Source: a candidate division FCPU426 bacterium (lineage in GTDB: Bacteria > Oederibacteriota > Muellerivitia > Muellerivitales > Muellerivitaceae). Taken from it: a stretch of 64,000 bases of DNA. Made by a program: the position numbers and the translations under genes. The stretch is from positions 832,001 to 896,000 of the forward strand of contig CAVRAL010000004.1 of the NCBI GenBank assembly GCA_963719085.1, written 5' to 3'. Positions 10,792 through 19,781 of the stretch are shown in pieces; position 1 is the first letter of the stretch, and every line of letters starts with the position of its first letter. Under the pieces are notes generated by a model. It ran no database searches, was not told the origin of the DNA, and saw only the letters and a list, made by a program, of their open reading frames with translations.

Positions 10792-12246
10792 TTAAGATGA
10801 AGCCGGAGGCGGATTTTCGGGGTTATCCGGGCCGCTGGTCGCGGGAGTCTCAACGGCTTCGGGTTTGGTCGGGTCTTGCGGCTCATCCTTGGCTTCGCCG
10901 TTGGCTCCCTTGGCGCCTTTGGCTCGGGGGGTGCGTTTGCGGGGGAAGGACAGTTTTTGGGTGTCCTCATCGTAGGCGAAAAGGTTGCCGAACCTCGCCC
11001 AATGCCAGAAGGTCTCGAAGGTCTTCTCGAAATTTTCCGAGGGCAGGTTGAAGATGATGATTTCCTGCGCCACTTCGGCGTCCAGCTTCATGCGGGGGTG
11101 CTTGGCCAAAATGTCGTAAACCTGTTTGAAGATGCGGAGCTTCAGTAGTTGTTCCCGCCAAATCGCCTGCCGCTCCTGGGAGGTGGCCTTCACGAACCGA
11201 AGGCCGTTGGGCGTCAAGACGACTTGGCGCTTGGGCGTGTCGACGAAATCCAAAAGTTCCAAAGCCTTGACCAGTTTGATGACCTCGCCGAATTCCTTGT
11301 CGGTCTCCGTGGCGATCTTAAATAGGTCTTCCTTGCCTTCGCGGGCGTCCAGGTATTCCAAAACCCCGACCATGATGCTGGGCACGGCGTCGGGCAAAGC
11401 CTCGGCGGCGGGCAGCTCGTTGGGCTGGAGCACGGGTTCGGGCACGTCGGGGATTTCATGGCCCGTGATGATTTCATGCAGTTGGTCCACCAATTTGGCG
11501 AACTCGGAAGAACGGTAATCCCGGGGCCGGGGCAGTTTGTTTTCCACGATTTTTAAAATGTGGCCCGGATGGGTGCCCAACACCACGATGCGGTCCGCCA
11601 TAAAAACGACCTCCGGGATGTCGTGGCTGACCATCAAAACCGAGGAGGGATTTTTATCATGCGCGGCCCAGATGTCGATGACTTCCGCGCGCAGGGTTTC
11701 CGCGGTCAGCGCGTCCACATGGCTGAAGGGCTCGTCCATAAAAAGAATTTCCGGGTCCACCGACAGGGCCCGCGCGATGCCGACCCGCTGTTTCATCCCG
11801 CCGGAAAGTTCCCGGGGATAGGTTTCCTCGAAGCCGGCCAGCCCCACCATTTGAATGGCCTTCTGGGCCCGCTCCTCAATCTCGCCCGGGGGGCAGCCCC
11901 GGGATTGCAGGGCGGTTTGGATATTCTCGGCCACGGTCATCCAGGGGAATAAGGCGAAACTTTGAAATACGATGCTCACGCCGGGGTTCAAGTCTTTTAA
12001 GGGCAGGTCGTGGTAGAGCACCTCGCCTTGGGACGGGGGAATGAGGCCGGCCAAAATGCGCAGCAGGGTGGACTTACCGCAACCCGAGGGCCCCAGCAAG
12101 GCCACCACTTCGCGTTTTTGAATGCACAGGTCGACCTTCTCCAAAACCTTCAGGGTCTTGCCGTTGGGCAGATTGAATTCTTGGCTGACGTTTTTGACTT
12201 CAATGAGTTTCAGGTCGCCCTGAATCGCCGTACGGTCGACCGCCAT
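10792..12246 (-). CDS. NitT/TauT-family ABC transporter ATP-binding protein with C-terminal AAA-associated domain
   Basis: Walker A GPSGCGKS, signature LSGGMKQR, Walker B LFMDEP and a long C-terminal extension. Confidence 0.88.
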   Translation of the reverse strand: MAVDRTAIQGDLKLIEVKNVSQEFNLPNGKTLKVLEKVDLCIQKREVVALLGPSGCGKSTLLRILAGLIPPSQGEVLYHDLPLKDLNPGVSIVFQSFALFPWMTVAENIQTALQSRGCPPGEIEERAQKAIQMVGLAGFEETYPRELSGGMKQRVGIARALSVDPEILFMDEPFSHVDALTAETLRAEVIDIWAAHDKNPSSVLMVSHDIPEVVFMADRIVVLGTHPGHILKIVENKLPRPRDYRSSEFAKLVDQLHEIITGHEIPDVPEPVLQPNELPAAEALPDAVPSIMVGVLEYLDAREGKEDLFKIATETDKEFGEVIKLVKALELLDFVDTPKRQVVLTPNGLRFVKATSQERQAIWREQLLKLRIFKQVYDILAKHPRMKLDAEVAQEIIIFNLPSENFEKTFETFWHWARFGNLFAYDEDTQKLSFPRKRTPRAKGAKGANGEAKDEPQDPTKPEAVETPATSGPDNPENPPPASS

Positions 12247-12262
12247 AATGACACCCCTAAAA

Positions 12263-12325
12263 AAGTTCTAAGTTTTGAGTTCTAAGTTCTTAGTTAACTT
12301 AAAACCTAACACTCAAAACTAACTT
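12263..12325. repeat. Intergenic hairpin built from heptamer-like repeats
   Basis: AGTTTTGAGT (12271) and ACTCAAAACT (12311) are perfect reverse complements. AAGTTCT is repeated. Confidence 0.6.
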
Positions 12326-12327
12326 AT

Positions 12328-14118
12328 CTACTTGCTCAACGAGTATTTTTCCTCGGCCAACCGGTAAAGCCTTTTCCAAACCAGCCGGTTAAAAGTCACC
12401 ACCATCAGCGACATCACCACCACGCTGGCCGCCAAAACCGGAAAGTTCGCCGAGGAAGCGGCCTCGCTGATTTGGGATCCCAGACCAAAAGCCGTCTGGG
12501 TTTGGCCCTTATTGGTCACATACTCCGCCACGATGCTGGCGTTCCAGGTTCCGCCGGCCGACGTCACCATGCCCGTAATGAGATAAGGGAAAATCCCGGG
12601 TAGATGAACTTTTCGAAAAAGGGCCCAGCCCTTGAGCCCGTACATCCGCGCGGCCTCTAAAAGATCCGACGGGATAGCCATGGCCCCGGCGATGACGTTG
12701 AATAAAATATACCATTGGGCGCCCAATAACATGAGGGCGATCGCGCCCCAGTTCAGGGAAATTCCCATCAAGTGCATCAGCAGGATCACGTAAGAAAAAA
12801 GCATGGGCGCGGGAAAAGACGCCGCCACCTGGACGAAAGGCTGGGTGACCCGCGACAGCTTGGGCGACAAGCCGATCATGAGTCCCACCGGCACCGTCCA
12901 AAGGGTGGAAAGGCCGACCGCCACCAAGACCCGTCCCAGGGTCGCCAGGGCTTCCTCCAAAATGAGTTTCCATTCGGTCAGGCTGACCTTGGTGAAAAGC
13001 TCGATGATTTGCCAAGCGCCCAGCACCATGGCGGTTAAAAGGCCGAAAAAGGCCAGCAGTGAAACGATCTTGACCAGCGGGCTGGTATTGCGGGAGGCCT
13101 TGGGCTTCGCCGCCGAGGCCGTTGGGATTTGGGCGTCCGACACCACGGCGGTTTCGGCGGCCGATTGTTTGCGCCTTAATAACCGCTGGATAAAGCCGAT
13201 GATTTGGGAGCGGTTGAGGAAATCCAAAAACCAGGACGACATGGCCTCCTCACTGCCGCCTTCCTCGACCCTAAACTTTTGCCCCCAAACCACCAAGGGC
13301 CGCCAAAGACATTGGTCCAGCACCACGATCATCACGATCATGGCCAGCACCCCCCAAAGTTTGGCCGCGTCATCGCCTTTGTCCGCGGCCACGCTCATAT
13401 AAGAGCCCAGTCCCGGCAGGCGGAAGTCCTTGTCGCCGAGCTGGAAAGCCTCGCTCACGGTTAAAAAAAACCAGCCGCCGGCCATGCTCATCATGCTGTT
13501 CCAAATAAGCCCCAGCGCCGAAAAGGGGATTTCCAGTTTCAAGGCTTTTTGGATCGGGTTGAAGCGGTAGATGGCGGCCGCTTCCTGAAGATATTGGGGG
13601 ATGGCCCGCAAGGATTGGTAAAAACTAAAGGTCATATTCCAGACCTGGCCGGTGAAGATCATAATGACGGCGGCCAATTCCAGGCCGATATTGCTGTTGG
13701 GGAAAATCGCCACCAGGGCTAAAACCAAGCCCGGCATGAAACCCAAAACGGGGATGCTTTGTAAAATATCCAACATGGGGATCAGGACTTTTTCCGCCAT
13801 GCGGTCCTTGGCGGCCCAATAGCCGTAAGCCAGTGTAAATAAGAAGGAAAGGATATAGGCCATCAGGCCCCGGCAAAGGGAGAAGAAAGTGTATTTGGGC
13901 AGGGCCCAAGGGGAGAGATCGATTTCCACCGCCGCGCGGTGCTGGCCGGTCCACTCGCCCGCCACGGTCATCAGGCCGAAAACCAACCCGATTAGTCCCA
14001 GGATCAGCGCCAAATCGATCCACCAAATTTTCTGGTAACGGGTCAGGAAGGAAGAGGCTTCGCCCCAGATTTTTTTGAATTGGATCATGGCCATCTCTTG
14101 CCGTGGAGTCGAAACCAA
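12328..14118 (-). CDS. NitT/TauT-family ABC transporter permease (two fused TM domains)
   Basis: Motifs DILQSIPVLGF and WNSMMSMAGGWFFL, two EAA loops, adjacent to the ATPase. The exact start is uncertain. Confidence 0.88.
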   Translation of the reverse strand: MVSTPRQEMAMIQFKKIWGEASSFLTRYQKIWWIDLALILGLIGLVFGLMTVAGEWTGQHRAAVEIDLSPWALPKYTFFSLCRGLMAYILSFLFTLAYGYWAAKDRMAEKVLIPMLDILQSIPVLGFMPGLVLALVAIFPNSNIGLELAAVIMIFTGQVWNMTFSFYQSLRAIPQYLQEAAAIYRFNPIQKALKLEIPFSALGLIWNSMMSMAGGWFFLTVSEAFQLGDKDFRLPGLGSYMSVAADKGDDAAKLWGVLAMIVMIVVLDQCLWRPLVVWGQKFRVEEGGSEEAMSSWFLDFLNRSQIIGFIQRLLRRKQSAAETAVVSDAQIPTASAAKPKASRNTSPLVKIVSLLAFFGLLTAMVLGAWQIIELFTKVSLTEWKLILEEALATLGRVLVAVGLSTLWTVPVGLMIGLSPKLSRVTQPFVQVAASFPAPMLFSYVILLMHLMGISLNWGAIALMLLGAQWYILFNVIAGAMAIPSDLLEAARMYGLKGWALFRKVHLPGIFPYLITGMVTSAGGTWNASIVAEYVTNKGQTQTAFGLGSQISEAASSANFPVLAASVVVMSLMVVTFNRLVWKRLYRLAEEKYSLSK

Positions 14119-14301
14119 TCAGGAAGGAAAAATCGGCGCGAAACGCGCGATGGGCCGATTATCAAACGCCCTCCGGGGCTTGTCAATCCGCAAATGCCCC
14201 AGCGGGATTACGGGCGGGTTAAAAATAAAACGGCTTCAAGGCCGTGGTATGGTACTTATGGTTTCAGTCATCCAGCGGCCATCAAAGGCGGAAGCGACCC
14301 T

Positions 14302-15210
14302 GTGAAAAAGACCCTGATTCTTTTTGTTCTTTTTTTAACCTCAAGCCTGAGCGCGGCGACAGTGGATCCCGCCGCGTGGAAACCCCTGGAGGATTTTTGG
14401 GGCGGGGCGGGCTGGCAGGAAGACGGTTTTTGGGTTTTGGGATTCCCCCGGTCCGATTTGAACGTGATGGTGGAGGGCACGCCCCTGGAAACGACCTTGG
14501 GGCTGACGTCCCATCTTCGTTTCAAAGCCTTGTCCAAGGGGTTTGAGGTGAAAGGGCAACTGGTGCTTTTGGACCAGGAAAGCCGCCGGGTGGAGGACAA
14601 GCTGGTCCTGGACGGGTTTAAATTGGAGGATTTCGGCGATCTTTTGGTGGGAGAGACGCCCGCGATTAAAGTCTTGGATTTTTCCGGCAAGGGAACCGCG
14701 GGTGTTTTGAACGCCGAACTTAAGGAAATTTTGGGGTTTACGGGAACGCCCCTAACGCCCTTGTCTTTTCCCACGCCCGCCCCCGGCGCCGAAAAGGATT
14801 GGGATTCGGCGCAGACCGCGCTGGGCCAAAAGGGCTTCCTCCAGGGGAAAATACTTTGGCTCCTCGCCCAGCCCTTTACGCCCGCGTCCGAACCGGCCCC
14901 GGGGTTTCTTTCGTTAAGGATTCAACGGGACGGGTCGTCCCTTTTGGTTTTGGGCGAGGCGATTCTTGATCCCTCGCGAAGCTCCGAACTTCTGAAGACA
15001 TTGGCCCGCGCCAAGATGACGGTGACCTCGCTTCGGCCTTGGGGCTTGGGCGCGGTTCACGTGAGATGGTGGGGAAGCGGCGAGGAGGCGGCCGTGATTT
15101 CGGCCCTTCAAAAAATTAACGCGCTCAACGTCCCCGCGGGCGAAGCGCCTTCGCCCCAGGAGACACCCGCGCTGCCGGCGAAAGCCACGCCGATGACGGA
15201 AGGTTTTTAA
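14302..15210 (+). CDS. Secreted DUF1259/LppY-LpqO-like protein
   Basis: GTG start followed by a signal peptide. FPRSDLNVMVEG...LGLTS resembles DUF1259. Confidence 0.55.
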   Translation: MKKTLILFVLFLTSSLSAATVDPAAWKPLEDFWGGAGWQEDGFWVLGFPRSDLNVMVEGTPLETTLGLTSHLRFKALSKGFEVKGQLVLLDQESRRVEDKLVLDGFKLEDFGDLLVGETPAIKVLDFSGKGTAGVLNAELKEILGFTGTPLTPLSFPTPAPGAEKDWDSAQTALGQKGFLQGKILWLLAQPFTPASEPAPGFLSLRIQRDGSSLLVLGEAILDPSRSSELLKTLARAKMTVTSLRPWGLGAVHVRWWGSGEEAAVISALQKINALNVPAGEAPSPQETPALPAKATPMTEGF

Positions 15211-15212
15211 AA

Positions 15213-16400
15213 TTGCGCCGGTCCTCGAAATTAGGAGCCCTCTTAGGCGTGGTGCTTTTGATCGGCTTGGGCGAGGAACTATGGTCCAAATTTGTCCCTC
15301 CCTATCTTTTGGCCCTCGGCGGCACCGCCTGGGTGGTGGCTTTTTACGGGACCTTGCGTGATTTTTTAGACGCGCTTTATCCCTATCCCGGCGGTTGGTT
15401 GAATGACCGCTTCGGAAGCCGCCGCGCGCTTTTGGGTTTCACCGCGCTTTCCATGGTGGGCTACGGTTTTTATTTATTCAGCCCCAATGTGCCGCTTTTT
15501 CTCCTTGGTTCTTGTTTCGCCCTCGCTTGGACCAGTTTCTCCCTTCCCGCGCTTTTTGATATTGTGGCCCAGGCCCTGCCTTCGGCCCAACGCACTTGGG
15601 GGTTCAGCGCTCAAGCCATCCTGAAGCGCGTCCCCGCCGTGGTGGGCCCGCTTTTGGGCGGACTGCTCATCACCCGGCTGGGGCTTAAAATCGGGTTTCA
15701 AACGGCGTTGGTAGCGACGCTTTTATTGGCCGGGGCGGCGCTTTGGATCATTCGAACCTATTACCCCCAAGAAAAACCGGCTCCGGTGGATTCCAAAAAC
15801 CTTTTTCATCTTTGGAAAACCATGGACAGGCGCCTGAAATCCCTTTTGGCGGCGGATTGCCTCATCCGGTTGGCCGAGGGAATCCCGGATGTTTTTGTGG
15901 TGCTTTACTTGTTTCAAGTGATGAAAGTAAACGCCTTTCAAGCCGGGTGGTTGATGGGGCTCCAAATGGCGACTTCCATCCTTTTATACCTGCCGGTCGC
16001 CAAGTGGTCGGCGGGGATGAACCGCAAGCCCCTGGTGCTTCTGACCTTTTGTTTTTTCACGCTTTATCCCCTGGCGGTCATTGGGGCTTCCGGAATGGGT
16101 TTATTGGCGGCGGCGTTTATCGTGGGAGGCTTGCGGGAATTCGGCGAGCCCGCCCGCAAAGCCATGATCGCGGACTTGGCGGGCAAGGCCGCCCGGGGCC
16201 GGGTGGTGGGGCTTTATTACCTCATCCGGGGATTCGTGGTTTTTCCCGCCTCGCTTTTGGGGGGATGGCTTTGGACGAAGGATGTCCGGCTTCCTTTTGA
16301 AACGGCGGCTGTTTTTGGCTTTTTGGGATTATTGTTCTTCCTGGCCAAAGGAAAAGACACGCGGCCGGAGAGGATTTTCACCGCCAAGGCTTCCCGCTAG
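15213..16400 (+). CDS. MFS transporter
   Basis: Motif A (GWLNDRFGSRR) and ~12 TM helices. Confidence 0.85.
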   Translation: MRRSSKLGALLGVVLLIGLGEELWSKFVPPYLLALGGTAWVVAFYGTLRDFLDALYPYPGGWLNDRFGSRRALLGFTALSMVGYGFYLFSPNVPLFLLGSCFALAWTSFSLPALFDIVAQALPSAQRTWGFSAQAILKRVPAVVGPLLGGLLITRLGLKIGFQTALVATLLLAGAALWIIRTYYPQEKPAPVDSKNLFHLWKTMDRRLKSLLAADCLIRLAEGIPDVFVVLYLFQVMKVNAFQAGWLMGLQMATSILLYLPVAKWSAGMNRKPLVLLTFCFFTLYPLAVIGASGMGLLAAAFIVGGLREFGEPARKAMIADLAGKAARGRVVGLYYLIRGFVVFPASLLGGWLWTKDVRLPFETAAVFGFLGLLFFLAKGKDTRPERIFTAKASR

Positions 16401-16580
16401 CCTGATTTCAGGCTAACTATGCGGGACAGTGCCGCCCCCGTTAATTTTTTTATGGGGGGCGTTGAAATAGGTTTTGTTGGAATTATTTTGATGTGCGGGA
16501 TTGTCTATTTTCAAATAAGGTTCATGTTAGAATGCCCCGCCGAAAATCAAAGGACCCTTAATTTTATGGAGGATGGATCG

Positions 16581-18023
16581 ATGACAGCCACAACACAAGT
16601 GAAACAAGCCGATTTTGGCATCTTTGGAATCGCCGTCATGGGCGCGAACTTGGCCATGAACATTGAGGACCACGGTTTCACCGTGGCGGTCGTCAATTTG
16701 CGCAGTGACCGGGTGACGCCTTTTATGAAGATGAACGAGGGCAAAAAATTTATCGGCGCCCACACGCTGGAAGATTTCGTCAATTCGCTCAAGACCCCCC
16801 GCCGCATCATGCTGATGGTGAAGGCCGGCGACCCGGTGGATGACGCCATTAAAATCCTCAAGCCCCTCCTGTCCAAGGGCGACATCATCATCGACGGCGG
16901 AAATTCTTGGTTCAAGGATACCCAGCGCCGCGAGGCGGAGTTGACCCAGGAAGGTTTTTATTTCTTCGGCGCTGGCGTGTCGGGCGGCGAGGAAGGCGCC
17001 CGTTTCGGCCCCTCCATCATGCCCGGCGGCAGCGAGAAGGCTTATGAGTTCGTGAAGCCGATCTTCGAGGCCATCTCGGCCAAGACCAACTCGGGTCCTT
17101 GCGTGACCCATTGCGGTCCCGACGGCGCGGGTCATTTCGTGAAGATGGTGCACAATGGAATTGAATACGGCGACATGCAGCTCATCGCCGAAGCCTATGA
17201 CATTCTGCGCAAAGTGCTGGGCCTGGGCGCCGCCGAACTGGCGGACATTTTCGCGGAGTGGAACAAAGGCATCCTGGATTCCTTCCTCGTCGAGCTCACC
17301 GCCAAGGTTTTGACCGTCATCGACGACGAGACGAAAAAACCGCTGGTCGATTTGGTCCTGGACAAAGCGGGCCAAAAGGGAACGGGCAAGTGGACGGCCC
17401 AAATCGCCCTCGACATGGGCGTTCTGATCCCGACCATCGTGGCCTCTTTGGACGGCCGCGGCATGTCCAGCATCAAGGACGAACGCGTGGCGGCTTCCAA
17501 GCAGATCAAAGCGGTTCCCATCACCTACAACAAGGCCGAGAAGCAGGCCCTCATCGACGCGGTGCGGGACGCCTTGTACGATTCCAAAGTTTGTTCCTAC
17601 ACCCAGGGTATGCGCCTGATCAAGGCGGCCTCCGACGAGTACAAATGGAACGTCAATTTGGGCGAGATGGCGCGCATCTGGAAGGGGGGCTGCATCATCC
17701 GGGCCCGTTTGCTCGACGAAATCATGAAGGCTTACGGACGTAACGCTTCGCTTCCGTCCCTGCTGTTGGACGATTCATTCAAGAAACAGATTGAGTCCAC
17801 CCAGGGCAACTGGCGTAAGGCCATCGCCATCGCGGTGACCAATGGAATCCCGACGCCGGCCATGAGCGCCAGCTTGGCTTACTACGACGCTTACCGCACG
17901 GCGGACCTGCCGCAAAACCTGACCCAGGCCCAGCGCGACGCCTTTGGTTCGCACACGTATGAGCGCGTGGATCATTTGGAAAAGGGCTTTATCCACAGCG
18001 AGTGGCTCAAGAACGCGAAGTAA
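16581..18023 (+). CDS. gnd: 6-phosphogluconate dehydrogenase, NADP-dependent, decarboxylating
   Basis: Motifs IDGGNS, GVSGGEEGA, KMVHNGIEY and QAQRDAFGSHTY. GGAGG RBS before ATG 16581. Confidence 0.96.
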   Translation: MTATTQVKQADFGIFGIAVMGANLAMNIEDHGFTVAVVNLRSDRVTPFMKMNEGKKFIGAHTLEDFVNSLKTPRRIMLMVKAGDPVDDAIKILKPLLSKGDIIIDGGNSWFKDTQRREAELTQEGFYFFGAGVSGGEEGARFGPSIMPGGSEKAYEFVKPIFEAISAKTNSGPCVTHCGPDGAGHFVKMVHNGIEYGDMQLIAEAYDILRKVLGLGAAELADIFAEWNKGILDSFLVELTAKVLTVIDDETKKPLVDLVLDKAGQKGTGKWTAQIALDMGVLIPTIVASLDGRGMSSIKDERVAASKQIKAVPITYNKAEKQALIDAVRDALYDSKVCSYTQGMRLIKAASDEYKWNVNLGEMARIWKGGCIIRARLLDEIMKAYGRNASLPSLLLDDSFKKQIESTQGNWRKAIAIAVTNGIPTPAMSASLAYYDAYRTADLPQNLTQAQRDAFGSHTYERVDHLEKGFIHSEWLKNAK

Positions 18024-18105
18024 GACGAAGGAAACTTTGGGCAGGGGGAAACCGTCTAACGGGCTGTGGTAATTTTGGTATAGATGTTCATTTAAGGAGG
18101 ATGGC

Positions 18106-18687
18106 ATGAAATTCAAGGTTTTGTTGGCCGGGTTTCTGTTGACGGTTTTGGGGATTGGTTCGGCTTCGGCCCAAGAGGTTCATTTGGGATTGGAAGGGGG
18201 GGCTAATTTCTCCAATTTCATTGGAAGTGACACGAGTTCAGCCGGAAGTTACAAGCTCGGATTCGTGGGCGGGGGCTTCTTGGAATTGAATTTGATCAAG
18301 GACTTCGCCATTCGTCCTGAAATCCTCTATGAGCAGAAGGGGGAGCATTTCGCCCAGTATTCAGAGTCAACCGTTGATGATTATATTGAGCTGCCGATAT
18401 TATTGAAGCTGTCCCTCGGCGCTCCCGGATTTAACCCCGCGATCTTGCTCGGCCCCGCTTTTAGTTTAAACACACTCTCTCAACGAGTAACCGACAGCGG
18501 TAGCGTCGTTCAAACTTTCAGTGATGTCAGCGCGCTCGATATCGCGGTGGTCGGCGGCGTGCAAGTGGATATAGACAAGTTTTTCGTCAGCGGCCGTTAT
18601 GAACTTGGATTATCCAGCATCGACACAGAGGGCGACGACGCCCACAACGGAACCTTCACCTTCTTGGTTGGTTATACCTTTATCTAA
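18106..18687 (+). CDS. Outer-membrane beta-barrel (porin family) protein, paralog 1
   Basis: Signal peptide, GLEGGANFSN, RPEILYEQKG, YIELPIL and an aromatic C-terminus. Confidence 0.85.
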   Translation: MKFKVLLAGFLLTVLGIGSASAQEVHLGLEGGANFSNFIGSDTSSAGSYKLGFVGGGFLELNLIKDFAIRPEILYEQKGEHFAQYSESTVDDYIELPILLKLSLGAPGFNPAILLGPAFSLNTLSQRVTDSGSVVQTFSDVSALDIAVVGGVQVDIDKFFVSGRYELGLSSIDTEGDDAHNGTFTFLVGYTFI

Positions 18688-18705
18688 CCGATTTTTTAGG
18701 ACATC

Positions 18706-18742
18706 AGGTCCAAGAACGCGCTCGCGTTCTTGGACCTTTTTT
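18706..18742 (+). terminator. Intrinsic terminator
   Basis: AGGTCCAAGAACGCG / CGCGTTCTTGGACCT hairpin followed by a T-tract. Confidence 0.8.
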
Positions 18743-18929
18743 GTTTATGCCTCCCGTGGATTATGGGGATAGTGGGGCTTGCCGTGATGGACGCTTTTCC
18801 CAAGGCCGGGAGCCCGGACGCTCGAATTACAATCCTTGCGGGTTCTTTCCAGTTCGCGTCCGTATGAGCGGATTGATCACTTGGAAAAGGGATTTATCCA
18901 CAGCGAGCGGCTCAAAAACGCCGAGTAAG
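18737..18929 (+). pseudogene. Tandem-duplication junction: decayed nuoL-like 5' region fused to decayed gnd 3' end
   Basis: 18737-18851 nearly equals 19702-19815, with ATG changed to ACG. 18852-18929 resembles 17947-18024. Confidence 0.88.
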
Positions 18930-19065
18930 CCGCGTTTTAGCGACCCCGAACCGGGAAGTAAAACGATGGTCCTCGATTTAACCCGGGGTTTTTGAACCGA
19001 AAGCCCCGGCCAATCGTCAAAACAGGTAGAAGCCAAAGAAATTAATGGGTGAAAGGGAGGTGTTT

Positions 19066-19656
19066 ATGCGATTAAAAGCGATTTGGATGGGGTTGGTCTT
19101 AACGATGGCAGGCTTAGCTCCGACGGTTTGGGCGCAGGGTATTCCGGCGCCGCCTTTCCAGCTGGGTTTGGAAGCGGGCGCGAATTTCGCCAATCTCATT
19201 GGATCCGATGTTAGCTCCATTACCAGCGACAACGCCAACCGCCTGGGCTTCGTCGGCGGCGGTTATTTGTCCTTGAACCTGTCTCCCAGTTTCGCGATCC
19301 GCCCCGAGGTGCTTTATGAGCAAAAGGGAGTGGCCATTTCGGGCTCCAGCACTTCCGACGAGCTGGATTATATTGAGGTTCCCGTGCTCTTGAAGATCGG
19401 TTTGGGCACCCCAATTATTAATCCCAATATCCTGATCGGACCGGCCTTTTCTTGGAATACGCTGGCGAAGGCTTCCAACGGCTCGAGCATCAGCGGCATC
19501 AACTCGTCGGATGTGGGATTGGTCGGAGGCGTGGAACTGGACATCGACAAATTTAATGTTTCGGGCCGCTATGAGCTGGGCTTGGACAACATCCAGAAAA
19601 ACACCAACGTTCAAAACGGCACCTTCACCTTCTTGGTCGGCTTTTCTTTCCTGTAA
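19066..19656 (+). CDS. Outer-membrane beta-barrel (porin family) protein, paralog 2
   Basis: GGGAGG RBS. Shares motifs with paralog 1 (RPEVLYEQKG, NGTFTFLVG). Confidence 0.85.
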   Translation: MRLKAIWMGLVLTMAGLAPTVWAQGIPAPPFQLGLEAGANFANLIGSDVSSITSDNANRLGFVGGGYLSLNLSPSFAIRPEVLYEQKGVAISGSSTSDELDYIEVPVLLKIGLGTPIINPNILIGPAFSWNTLAKASNGSSISGINSSDVGLVGGVELDIDKFNVSGRYELGLDNIQKNTNVQNGTFTFLVGFSFL

Positions 19657-19672
19657 TTTCGAAGCGAAACGA

Positions 19673-19707
19673 GATCCCAGGGGGCTCAATGCCCCCTGGG
19701 ATTTTTT
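19673..19707 (+). terminator. Intrinsic terminator
   Basis: ATCCCAGGGGGC / GCCCCCTGGGAT hairpin followed by a T-tract. Confidence 0.75.
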
Positions 19708-19781
19708 GTTTATGCCTCCCGCAGATTATGGGATAGTGGGGCTTGCCGTGATGGACGCTCTTCCCAAGGCCGGGAGCCCGG

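Noticed and set aside
14080..14301. Upstream extensions of ORF-track starts (also 861, 2410, 16419, 28351, 39807, 54715)
   Set aside because: Downstream starts have better RBSs and give proper signal peptides or family N-termini.
18741..18995. 84-aa ORF between the porins
   Set aside because: It is explained as the chimeric duplication junction.
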